DNA of 64,000 bases from Vicinamibacteria bacterium (GTDB taxonomy: Bacteria > Acidobacteriota > Vicinamibacteria > Vicinamibacterales > JAENWD01): assembly GCA_963763095.1 (NCBI GenBank), contig CAVXNR010000003.1, positions 815 to 64,814 of the forward strand, written 5' to 3'. Shown here one piece after another: positions 37,852 to 46,423 of the stretch; the first letter of the stretch is position 1, and every line of letters starts with the position of its first letter. Position numbers and translations under genes: made by a program. Below the pieces are notes generated by a model. That model had not been told where the DNA came from. It worked only from the letters and a program-made list of their open reading frames with translations, and did no database searches.

Positions 37852-37892
37852 GGGAGGATTCTACGCTCGGTGTCTCTCGCTTCGCTCGCGGA

Positions 37893-38074
37893 CGGGCGTG
37901 GGCGGTGGGCGGTCGGCGGTCGGCGGTGGGTGGTAGGCGGTCGGCGGGCGGCTGGCGGGCGCGAAAGCCAGACACAGCCCGGACCCCGGAGCCCGGAGCC
38001 CGGAGCTGAAGCCTGAAGCTGGAGCCTGGAGCCTGGAGCCTGGAGCCTGGAGCCTGGGGCCTGAGCCTGGAGCC
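37893..38074. repeat. two adjacent tandem arrays: (GGCGGT/GGGCGGT)n at 37893-37960 and (CCGGAGC/CTGAAGC/CTGGAGC)n at 37985-38074
   Basis: Read directly, inside the mocA-coxM divergent intergenic region. Confidence 0.85.
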
Positions 38075-38195
38075 TGAGCCTGCATCCCCGTGCCGTTATC
38101 CTCGCTCCGCTCGAAGTAGAATGGGTCCCCCCGCGACCGGACGATGCTGCACGCGCAGTGCGGCCCCGCGACGTTCGTGAAAGGAGGTTCGTGAG

Positions 38196-39071
38196 GTGAT
38201 CCCAGCCGCCTTCGCGTATTTCCGTGCCCATTCAGCCGATGAGGCCGCCGCGTTGCTCGCGCAGCACGGAGCCGAGGCCCGCGTGCTCGCGGGCGGGCAG
38301 AGCCTCGTGCCTGCGATGCGGTTCCGCCTGGCACGCCCAGGGGTCCTCGTCGACATCAACCCGGCGAAGGATCTCGACTACATCCACCTCGATGGCGCGC
38401 TCGTCATCGGGGCGATCACGCGCGACGCCGCGATTGAACGCGCCGCGTGGATCCGCGATCGCCAATGGAGCCTGCTGCACGACGTCTCGCGCGTCGTGGC
38501 CGACCCTGTCGTTCGCCAGACCGCCACCGTCGTCGGGAGCCTCTGCCACAACGACCCGGCCGGCGACTGGACAACTGTCGCGCTCGCCGCTCGCGCCGAC
38601 GTCGACGTGCGCGGCAAGGGCGGCATCCGCACCGTCGCGATGGACGATTTCCTCGTGGACAGCTTCACGACCGCTGTCGGTGAAGGCGAGCTCGCCGTCG
38701 CGGTGCGGTTCCCGGTGCCAGACGATCGCACCGCCGGGTCGTACCAGAAGATCGAGCGCAAGGTGGGCGACTTCGCTACAGCCGCGGCCGCGGTGCAGGT
38801 CTCGCTCAACGTGGACGGCACCGTGCGCCAGGCCGGCATCGCCCTCTCGGCCGCCGGACCGCACGCGGTGCGCGTTGAGGAGGCGGAGCAGCTGCTGGCC
38901 GGTCGTCAGCCGACCCCTGACGTCATCCGCGCGGCAGCCGATGCCGCGTCGCGCCGCAGCGAACCGCAAGCGGATCTCCGCGGCGGCGTCGATTACAAGA
39001 AACACCTGGCCGGCGTCCTCGTGGCGCGCGGGCTGCGCCAGGCCCTGGCGCGTCTGGGGGGGCAGGCATGA
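38196..39071 (+). CDS. coxM: CO dehydrogenase / xanthine dehydrogenase family FAD-binding medium subunit
   Basis: GTG start 8 nt after [25 protein letters not shown]-binding motif. ATGA overlap with coxS. Confidence 0.9.
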   Translation: MIPAAFAYFRAHSADEAAALLAQHGAEARVLAGGQSLVPAMRFRLARPGVLVDINPAKDLDYIHLDGALVIGAITRDAAIERAAWIRDRQWSLLHDVSRVVADPVVRQTATVVGSLCHNDPAGDWTTVALAARADVDVRGKGGIRTVAMDDFLVDSFTTAVGEGELAVAVRFPVPDDRTAGSYQKIERKVGDFATAAAAVQVSLNVDGTVRQAGIALSAAGPHAVRVEEAEQLLAGRQPTPDVIRAAADAASRRSEPQADLRGGVDYKKHLAGVLVARGLRQALARLGGQA

Positions 39072-39553
39072 ACGTGAAGATTTCGGTGAATGGCGTCGCG
39101 TACGAGCGCGACGTCGAGGCGCGCACGCTGCTCGCCTACTTCCTCCGCGAGCACTGCGGCCTGACCGGCACCCACGTCGGCTGCGACACCTCGAGCTGCG
39201 GCTGCTGCGTCGTCGTCCTCGACGGCGAGCGCGCGGTGAAGGCGTGCACGATGTTCGCGGTGCAGGCCGACGGTCACGAGGTGATGACGGTCGAAGGGCT
39301 GGCGGTCGCCGGCGCACTGCACCCGATCCAGCAGGCCTTCTGGGACAAGCACGGGCTGCAGTGCGGTTTCTGCACGCCGGGCATGATGCTCGCGTCGTAC
39401 GTGCTCCTGAAGCAGAACCCCGAGCCGAGCGAAGCGGACATCCGCGAGGGGCTCGCGGGCAATCTCTGCCGGTGCACGGGGTACCAGAACATCGTCAAGG
39501 CCGTGCAGCAGGCGGCGGACACGCTGCGCCAGCCCGCCGCGGCGGGCCAGTGA
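39068..39553 (+). CDS. coxS: (2Fe-2S)-binding small subunit
   Basis: [15 protein letters not shown] and CGFCTPGM...CRCTGYQNI cluster-binding motifs. Confidence 0.95.
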   Translation: MNVKISVNGVAYERDVEARTLLAYFLREHCGLTGTHVGCDTSSCGCCVVVLDGERAVKACTMFAVQADGHEVMTVEGLAVAGALHPIQQAFWDKHGLQCGFCTPGMMLASYVLLKQNPEPSEADIREGLAGNLCRCTGYQNIVKAVQQAADTLRQPAAAGQ

Positions 39554-39566
39554 TCGGGGGGACACG

Positions 39567-41918
39567 ATGAGCGTCGAAGCCAAGCCCAGACACGCCCTCG
39601 GTCACGGGATGAAGCGTAAGGAGGATCCGCGCTTCCTCCAGGGAAAGGGCAATTTCGTCGAAGACGTCATGCTGCCACGCATGCTGCACATGGTTCTCGT
39701 GCGCAGCACCTATCCCCACGCGGAGATCAAGGCGATCGATATCAGCGACGCGATGAAGGTCCCTGGCGTCGTCGCGGTCGTCACCGGCAAGGACCTGGAG
39801 GCCGCGGGCCTCGGGTGGCTGCCGACGTTCCACGGCTACGACAAGCAGATGGTGCTCGCCATCGGCAAAGTGCTGTTCCAGTACCAGGAGGTGGCCGCCG
39901 TGTTCGCCGAGACGCGGGGCGCGGCCGAAGACGGGGCCGAGGCCGTGCAGGTGGAGTACGAGGCGCTGCCTGTCGTTGCCGATCCGTTCACCGCCAAGAA
40001 GGACGAGGTGCTCCTGCGGCCCGACCGCGAGAGCAAGACCAACCACATCTACCACTGGGAGGTCGGCGACAGGGAGGGCGCGGCGCGGGCGCTGGACGCC
40101 AGCGCGAAGCGCGTGAGCCAGCGGATCTGGTTCCAGCGCTGCCATCCGGCGCCGCTCGAGCCGTGCGGGTGTGTCGCGCACTTCGACGCGATGGGGCGCC
40201 TGCAGTTCCACGTCACGTCGCAGGCCCCACACGTCTACCGGACGGCGCTCGCGATCGTCACCGGCATCCCGGAAGACAAGATCCACGTCATCGCGCCCGA
40301 CATCGGAGGGGGCTTCGGAAACAAGGTGCCGGTCTATCCGGGGTACGTGTGCGCCATCGTGGGCGCGCTGAAGATCGGCCGCCCGGTCAAGTGGATCGAG
40401 TCGCGCACCGAGAACCTCACGTCAACGGGGTTCGCGCGCGATTACCACATGGACGTCGAGCTCGGCGCCGCGCCGGACGGCCGGCTCACCGCGCTGCGCG
40501 TCTCCACGACCGCCGACCACGGCGCCTTCGACGCCGCAGCGGACCCCACGAAGTACCCCGCGGGGATGTTCGGCGTCGTGACCGGCAGCTACGACGTCCC
40601 GGTGGCGCACGCCGAGGTGGATGCCTACTTCACCAACAAGGCCCCCGGCGGGATCGCGTATCGCTGCTCCTTCAGGGTGACCGAGGCCAGCTACGCGATC
40701 GAGCGCGCGATGGACATCCTCGCCGACGATCTCGGCATCGACGCAGTGGAGCTGCGGAGGCGGAACTTCGTCAAGAAGGAGCAGTTCCCTTACAAGTCGG
40801 CCCTCGGGTTCACCTACGACAGCGGCGACTATCACCAGACCCTCGAGAAAGCCCTCGGCATGATCGGCTATGAGGCTCTGCTGAAGGAGCAGGTCGAGAA
40901 GCGCGCGCGCGGCGAGCTGATGGGGATCGGGTTCTCCACGTTCACCGAAGTGGTCGGCGCCGGCCCGTCGAAGCACTTCGACATTCTCGGCATCAAGATG
41001 TTCGACGGCGCCGAAGTCCGCATCCATCCGACGGGCGCGGGCATCGTGCGGGCCGGCACGAAGTCGCAGGGCCAGGGCCACGAAACGACGTGGGCGCAGA
41101 TCGTGGCGGAGGAGCTGGGCCTGGATCCGCAGAACATCATGGTCGAGGAGGGGGATACCGACACCGCGCCCTACGGGCTCGGCACGTACGCGAGCCGCAG
41201 CACGCCGGTCGCCGGCGCGGCAATCGCGACGGCCTCCCGCCGGGTGCGCGAGAAGGGGCGAAAAATCGCGGCGCACCTGCTCGAGGTCGGTGAGGACGAC
41301 GTCGAGTGGACCGATTACAAGTTCCAGGTGAAGGGAGTGCCGGCGAAGAGCGTGACGATGAAGGAGGTCGCGTTCGCCGCGTACACGAACCCGGGGCCGA
41401 ACGAGCCTGGCCTCGAGGCCACGAACTACTACGACCCGCCGAACATGACCTTCCCCCACGGCACCTACATCGCGGTCGTGGACATCGATCGCGACACGGG
41501 TGAGGTGAAGGTGCGGCGCTTCCTGGCCGTGGACGACTGCGGCACGGTCATCAATCCGGTCATCGTCGAGGGGCAGATCCACGGCGGCCTGACCGAGGGC
41601 TTTGCGATCGCGTTCATGCAGGAAATCCAGTACGACGCGGACGGCAACAACCTGAACACGAACTTCACCGATTACCTGCTGCCGACGTCGCTCGAGACGC
41701 CGCACTGGGAAACGGCCAACACCGTCACCCCGAGCCCGCACCATCCGATCGGCGCGAAGGGCGTCGGCGAGAGCCCGAACGTCGGCAGTCCCGCGGCCTT
41801 CGTCAACGCCGTGATCGACGCGCTTTCGCCGCTCGGGGTCCGTCACCTGGAGATGCCGCTCACGCGCGACAAGGTGTGGCGTGCCATCCAGCAAGGCGAA
41901 AGGCTAAAGGAGGGCTAA
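39567..41918 (+). CDS. coxL: molybdopterin-binding large subunit with form-I CODH active-site motif
   Basis: 783 aa. The active-site loop reads GGIAYRCSFR (the AYxCSFR signature of form I CoxL). Gene order is M-S-L. Confidence 0.9.
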   Translation: MSVEAKPRHALGHGMKRKEDPRFLQGKGNFVEDVMLPRMLHMVLVRSTYPHAEIKAIDISDAMKVPGVVAVVTGKDLEAAGLGWLPTFHGYDKQMVLAIGKVLFQYQEVAAVFAETRGAAEDGAEAVQVEYEALPVVADPFTAKKDEVLLRPDRESKTNHIYHWEVGDREGAARALDASAKRVSQRIWFQRCHPAPLEPCGCVAHFDAMGRLQFHVTSQAPHVYRTALAIVTGIPEDKIHVIAPDIGGGFGNKVPVYPGYVCAIVGALKIGRPVKWIESRTENLTSTGFARDYHMDVELGAAPDGRLTALRVSTTADHGAFDAAADPTKYPAGMFGVVTGSYDVPVAHAEVDAYFTNKAPGGIAYRCSFRVTEASYAIERAMDILADDLGIDAVELRRRNFVKKEQFPYKSALGFTYDSGDYHQTLEKALGMIGYEALLKEQVEKRARGELMGIGFSTFTEVVGAGPSKHFDILGIKMFDGAEVRIHPTGAGIVRAGTKSQGQGHETTWAQIVAEELGLDPQNIMVEEGDTDTAPYGLGTYASRSTPVAGAAIATASRRVREKGRKIAAHLLEVGEDDVEWTDYKFQVKGVPAKSVTMKEVAFAAYTNPGPNEPGLEATNYYDPPNMTFPHGTYIAVVDIDRDTGEVKVRRFLAVDDCGTVINPVIVEGQIHGGLTEGFAIAFMQEIQYDADGNNLNTNFTDYLLPTSLETPHWETANTVTPSPHHPIGAKGVGESPNVGSPAAFVNAVIDALSPLGVRHLEMPLTRDKVWRAIQQGERLKEG

Positions 41919-42052
41919 GGGCTAGGGTTAAGGCTAAGGGCTAAAGGCTAAGGGACGAAGCGATGATGCAGCTCCGGCAATTAGGCGGGCCAAAGCTGGC
42001 CCCTCCCCGGCTTCAGCCTTCAGCCTTCAGCCCTTAGCCCTTTTAGCCCTTT
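41899..42052. repeat. heptamer arrays forming an imperfect long hairpin: (AAGGCTA/AGGGCTA)n ... (CTTCAGC)3(CCTTAGC)n
   Basis: Read directly. The left array contains the coxL stop codon (TAA 41916-41918). Centre hairpin GGGCCaaagctGGCCC. Confidence 0.85.
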
Positions 42053-42061
42053 GAGATTTGC

Positions 42062-42526
42062 ATGAAGCTCCAGTACACAGGCCAGGAGCGAATTCCGGCT
42101 GACGGTGACACCGTGTGGGCGTTCATCACCGATCCCGAGAAGGTGGGCCGCTGCCTGCCGGAGGTGATCGAGGTCAGCGTCCACGACCCGGTGCACTTCG
42201 ACGCGGTCGTGCGCGTCGGCGTCGGCCCGGTCCGGGGGACGTTCAGGTTCAAGTTCGAGCTGCAGCCCGACGCGGCGGCGCGGCGGATGACCATGAAGAT
42301 CGCGGGCGGCGGCCTCGGCAGCGCGATGGATCTGACGGCGGGCGCCGATCTCGCGCCGGCCGGCGAACAGGGCACGCTGCTCAACTGGAGCGGCGAGGCG
42401 GTGATGCGCGGCCCCGTCGCCGCCGTCGGCGGCCGTGTGCTCGACGCCCAGGCACAAAAGCTCATCTCACAGACGTTCGCAAACGTGAAGGAGAAGATTT
42501 CCTTGGCGGTAGGCGGTAGGCGGTAG
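42062..42526 (+). CDS. coxG: SRPBCC-fold CoxG-like protein
   Basis: 154 aa. MKLQYTGQERIPADGDTVWAFITDPEKVGRCLP is typical of CoxG/polyketide-cyclase-fold proteins. The last codons LAVGGRR-stop lie in a repeat. Confidence 0.8.
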   Translation: MKLQYTGQERIPADGDTVWAFITDPEKVGRCLPEVIEVSVHDPVHFDAVVRVGVGPVRGTFRFKFELQPDAAARRMTMKIAGGGLGSAMDLTAGADLAPAGEQGTLLNWSGEAVMRGPVAAVGGRVLDAQAQKLISQTFANVKEKISLAVGGRR

Positions 42527-42620
42527 GCGGTAGGGGGCGATTCCGGCTGCACTGAAATTCAGTGTTCGGCCCTCGCCAGGCCTACCAGCCAACCCACGGC
42601 CTACCGCCCACCGCCCACGG
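42505..42620. repeat. (GGCGGTA)4 array, palindromic centre CACTGAAATTCAGTG, complementary (CCTACCG/CCCACCG) array
   Basis: Read directly. The left array supplies the coxG stop (TAG 42524-42526). The right array ends 11 nt before the next ATG. Confidence 0.85.
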
Positions 42621-42631
42621 CCTGAGCTGTC

Positions 42632-43675
42632 ATGCCTGACTTCTTCGACAAGATCGCCACGCTCCGGCGCCGCGGGGAGGCGTTCGCGGTGGCCACCGTC
42701 GTGGCCCGGCGTGCGCCCGTGTCGGCGCATCTCGGCGACCAGGCCATCGTGTATGCGGACGGACGGATGGAGGGGTTCGTGGGCGGCGCGTGCTCGCGCG
42801 AGATCGTGCGGAAGCAGGCGCTGGCTTCGCTGCGGGCCCGCCATGCCTGTCTCGTGTCCATTCGCCCGGATGCCGCCGCCGCCAGCGCGTCCGACCCCGA
42901 GCACGTCGTCGTTCCGATGACGTGCGTCTCGGAGGGCGCCGTGGACGTGTACGTCGAGCCCTTCATCCAGGCACGCCGTCTCATCGTCGTCGGCTCAACC
43001 CCAGTGGCTGACGCGCTGACCCGCACCGCGCGCAGCCTCGACTACGACGTCGTGCGGGTCGTCGCAGCGGGCGAGCAGCGGGACCTCGAGGCGGGCGCCG
43101 GTGCGCTCGGCGTCGGTGTGGCGGCTCTCGATTCGCTCGAGGCGACGCTGAGGCAGGCGGGCGCCGACGTCGCCGCGATTGTCGCGTCGCAGGGTCACTA
43201 CGACGAGGAGGCGCTCGAGACGATCTTGACATGCGGCGCCTGGTACGTGGGGCTCGTCGCGTCGCGCAAGCGCGGCGCCGCCGTGCGCGCGTTCCTCGAA
43301 GAGCGTGGGGCGGCGGGGCTCGACCGCCTCCACATCCCCGCGGGCCTCGATCTCGGTGCGCGCACACCGCCCGAGGTCGCCCTCTCGATCCTCGCGCAGA
43401 TCGTCAAGGCGCGTCCGAGTCAGTCGGTGACGCGCGCGGACGCTGTGACACAGAGCGATGCGACGCAGGGGGTCAGCCCTGAGAGCGAGAGCGCCGTCAG
43501 CAGCCCTGAAGGGCTGCCCCACGTCGCGATCGATCCCGTCTGCCAGATGGAGGTGACCATCGCGACGACCCGGCACAGCGCCGAGGTTGGCGGGACGATG
43601 TACTACTTCTGTTGTCCGCAGTGCAGGGCGCGGTTCGTGAAGGATCCAGCCAGCTACCTCGAAGCACGCTCATGA
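42632..43675 (+). CDS. XdhC/CoxF-family maturation protein fused to a C-terminal YHS/TRASH-type metal-binding domain
   Basis: N-terminal XdhC_CoxI-like RRGEAFAVATVVARRAPVSAHLGDQAIV...GFVGGAC, a Rossmann-like middle, and C-terminal DPVCQMEVTIATTRHSAEVGGTMYYFCCPQCRARFVKDPASY. Confidence 0.85.
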   Translation: MPDFFDKIATLRRRGEAFAVATVVARRAPVSAHLGDQAIVYADGRMEGFVGGACSREIVRKQALASLRARHACLVSIRPDAAAASASDPEHVVVPMTCVSEGAVDVYVEPFIQARRLIVVGSTPVADALTRTARSLDYDVVRVVAAGEQRDLEAGAGALGVGVAALDSLEATLRQAGADVAAIVASQGHYDEEALETILTCGAWYVGLVASRKRGAAVRAFLEERGAAGLDRLHIPAGLDLGARTPPEVALSILAQIVKARPSQSVTRADAVTQSDATQGVSPESESAVSSPEGLPHVAIDPVCQMEVTIATTRHSAEVGGTMYYFCCPQCRARFVKDPASYLEARS

Positions 43676-44622
43676 TGGAGTCTGCGGCGATTCGCGAGCG
43701 CTTTCGATCGCGCGGCTTCATCGTCACCGAGGCCTTCGCCACGGCGCTGCAGCTCGTGCTCGCGCTCGAGAAGCCGCTGCTGGTGGAGGGGCCCGCCGGG
43801 GTGGGCAAGACCGAGAGCGCGAAAGTGCTCGCCGATGTGCTCGGCGCCCGGCTCATCCGCCTGCAGTGCTACGAGGGGCTCGACGCGCTGACCGCGCTCT
43901 ACGAGTGGAACTACCCGCGGCAGATGCTCCGCATCCGCATGAGCGAGGCCGACGGCACCTCCCTCGAGGAACGCGAGGCTCAGATCTTCGGCGAGTCGTT
44001 CCTGCTGAAACGGCCGCTGCTCGAGGCGATCACGCAGGAGCGTCCGCCGGTGCTGCTCATCGACGAGGTCGATCGCGCCGACGAGGCCTTCGAGGCGTTC
44101 CTGCTGGAGGTGCTGGCCGAGTGGCAGGTCACGATCCCCGAGATCGGGACGATTCACGCGAGTCACCGCCCGCATGTGATTCTCACGAGCAACCGGACGC
44201 GCGAGCTGTCGGATGCGCTGCGGCGGCGGTGCCTCTTCTTCTGGCTCCCCTATCCCACGCTGGAGGAGGAGATCGCGATCCTGCACGCGCGCATCCCCGA
44301 TGTGTCTCGACGGCTCGCGGAACAAATCGCGCGCGCGATGCAGGCATTGCGCGGCATGCCGCTCCAGAAGGCCCCGGGTGTCGCCGAGAGCCTCGACTGG
44401 GCCCGGGCGCTCCTGAGCCTCCACCGCGATCACCTCGACGCGCAGGCGCTGGAGGCAACGCTCGGCTGCGTGCTGAAGGTCCGGGAAGACCATGGTGTCC
44501 TGCAGGGGCATCGCGACCGCCTCGTCCCGATCCTCGGGGGCGAAACCAGCGCGCCCTCACCCGGAGGGCACAGCCTCGACACCGATTTCGGGTACGGCTC
44601 GATCTCCCGGCCGCGCGGGTGA
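43672..44622 (+). CDS. coxD: MoxR-type AAA+ ATPase (CoxD-like)
   Basis: LVEGPAGVGKT Walker A and LLIDEVDRA Walker B. ATGA overlap with the upstream gene. Confidence 0.9.
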   Translation: MMESAAIRERFRSRGFIVTEAFATALQLVLALEKPLLVEGPAGVGKTESAKVLADVLGARLIRLQCYEGLDALTALYEWNYPRQMLRIRMSEADGTSLEEREAQIFGESFLLKRPLLEAITQERPPVLLIDEVDRADEAFEAFLLEVLAEWQVTIPEIGTIHASHRPHVILTSNRTRELSDALRRRCLFFWLPYPTLEEEIAILHARIPDVSRRLAEQIARAMQALRGMPLQKAPGVAESLDWARALLSLHRDHLDAQALEATLGCVLKVREDHGVLQGHRDRLVPILGGETSAPSPGGHSLDTDFGYGSISRPRG

Positions 44623-45821
44623 TGTATCCATTTGCCAGCCTGCCCGCGAATCTCGCGGCGTTCTGCGCGGAGCTCCGCCGGGACCACGGTTTCCGCATCG
44701 GGCCGCGCGAGCTGCAGGACGCGGCGCGCGCGCTGCAGGTGACCGCGATCGCCGACGAGCACGCAGTGCGGGACGTGCTCCGACCGGTCCTGAGCCGGAG
44801 GCTCGAGGACGTCAGGTGCTTCGACCAGGCGTTCGATCGGTTTTTCCATCCTCGCGCGAATCTCGCCCGCGGGCTGCAGCGCGCGGAGGCGCGTCCCGAA
44901 GAGGCAACAGGGGGGGCCGCGCCCAAGAGTCGCGCCGCCGTTGCGCCTGGCGAGACCGAGGGCCGCCAGGATGATGTGGCGGGTCACCCGGGCCGTGCCG
45001 TAGCGGCGACATCCGGCAGCGTCGATGCAGAGGCCGCCCCGCCAGCCGGCATTCTGCAATCGGCCTACAGCCCCGCGGAGGCCGAGGGATCGGCGCTCGA
45101 CCTCGTCCCCGTGAATGGATCCTGGCGTGCGGCGGCCGCGGTGTTCGTCGCGCGTGTCGAAACGGCGCTCTCACGGCGGTGGACGCCCGCGCTCCTCGGC
45201 CGCCGGTTCGACCTGCGCCGCACGTTGCGCGCCAGCCTGCACACCGGCGGCGAGGCGGTGCTCCCCCGCTGGCGGACACGCGCGCACCGGCGCGCACGGT
45301 TCGTGGTGATCATCGACGGGAGCCGGTCAATGGCGGCGCATCGCCGGCCGGCGGTCGACACGGCCGTCGCCATCGCGGCCGTCGTGCCTGACGTCCAGGT
45401 CTTCGTCTTCTCGACGGCGTTGCGCGAGATCACACGCGACGTGCGGCGGGCCGCCGCAGGCGAGCACCGGCGCCTGCCGGAGCTCCACCACGCGTGGGGC
45501 GGCGGAACAGGGATCGGCGTTTGCCTGCGCGAGGTCGTGCACCGACACGGTTGGCAGTTGCTTCGCCGTGACGCGGTCGTCATCGTCGCAAGCGACGGGC
45601 TGGACCTCGGTCCTCCCGAGGTGTTGGGCCAGGCGATGGCGCGGATCCATCGGCGCGTGGCTGCCATCATCTGGCTGAACCCGCTCGTCGAGACAGCCGG
45701 TTACGAACCGACAGCGACCGGCATGCGCACGGCGCGACCGTTCGTGAGCACCTTCGCGTGGGCCGGCGACGCCGACGGCCTGGTGCGTCTCGCGCGGGTG
45801 GTGCGCGTCAGGAAGCGCTGA
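44622..45821 (+). CDS. coxE: VWA-domain protein (CoxE-like)
   Basis: FVVIIDGSRSM MIDAS-like motif and C-terminal WLNPL. The start overlaps the coxD stop. Confidence 0.85.
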   Translation: MYPFASLPANLAAFCAELRRDHGFRIGPRELQDAARALQVTAIADEHAVRDVLRPVLSRRLEDVRCFDQAFDRFFHPRANLARGLQRAEARPEEATGGAAPKSRAAVAPGETEGRQDDVAGHPGRAVAATSGSVDAEAAPPAGILQSAYSPAEAEGSALDLVPVNGSWRAAAAVFVARVETALSRRWTPALLGRRFDLRRTLRASLHTGGEAVLPRWRTRAHRRARFVVIIDGSRSMAAHRRPAVDTAVAIAAVVPDVQVFVFSTALREITRDVRRAAAGEHRRLPELHHAWGGGTGIGVCLREVVHRHGWQLLRRDAVVIVASDGLDLGPPEVLGQAMARIHRRVAAIIWLNPLVETAGYEPTATGMRTARPFVSTFAWAGDADGLVRLARVVRVRKR

Positions 45822-45873
45822 GCGGGAAAATCCCGTGCTCGGACGCCCGTGCAACAGGCATTACTTGCGCCGG

Positions 45874-46269
45874 TCAGGCGTCGTCAGCCATCTTGGCGCC
45901 GCGTTCCCGCAGCAGCTCGCGCAGCACCGATCGATGGCAGCGGCGCTCGTCCGGGCAGTAGCACCCAACCGAGAGATCCGTCTTGTGCGAGAGCGCGGCG
46001 AGCAAGTCCAGCAGCCGGCCGGCGGCCGCCCCTCGCATTTCGCCGCGGTACCGGCGCGCAAAGGCGAGCCACTCGCGGTCGGTCCGCGCTTTCTGCCCCG
46101 CCTTGACGAGCGCATCACTTGGAGCCACGTCCGGCAGCCACACGTCGAAATAGTCGCGCGCGGCGAACTCAATTCTGGGCACCCCGCGTGGCGGGCGCCG
46201 CACGGTGCCGATTCGCAGTCCCTCGCCAGGCACGCGAGGGCTCCCCAGCCGCACGATCCGCAGGGGCAT
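45874..46269 (-). CDS. DUF488 family protein
   Basis: MPLRIVRLGSPR...DVWLPDVAPS...CYCPDERRCHRSVLRELL. Confidence 0.75.
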   Translation of the reverse strand: MPLRIVRLGSPRVPGEGLRIGTVRRPPRGVPRIEFAARDYFDVWLPDVAPSDALVKAGQKARTDREWLAFARRYRGEMRGAAAGRLLDLLAALSHKTDLSVGCYCPDERRCHRSVLRELLRERGAKMADDA

Positions 46270-46423
46270 GACGACTCCACTCACCAATCGTCACGAGGGC
46301 GACGTGTTCGCGCCGCGGCGTTGGTGGCCCTGGTGACGGCCGCTGACCACGGGCGGTTGACCGCTGGACGCCGCCGGACGTCCTGACACACGCGATACTC
46401 CTATCGCGCAGGGACACAGGCGA

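Noticed and set aside
37893-42620. Heptamer arrays considered as a CRISPR array or degenerate minisatellite-coded peptide.
   Set aside because: The units are 6-7 nt with no unique spacers. No cas genes are present. Translations through them are frame-inconsistent except where they merely terminate coxL and coxG.
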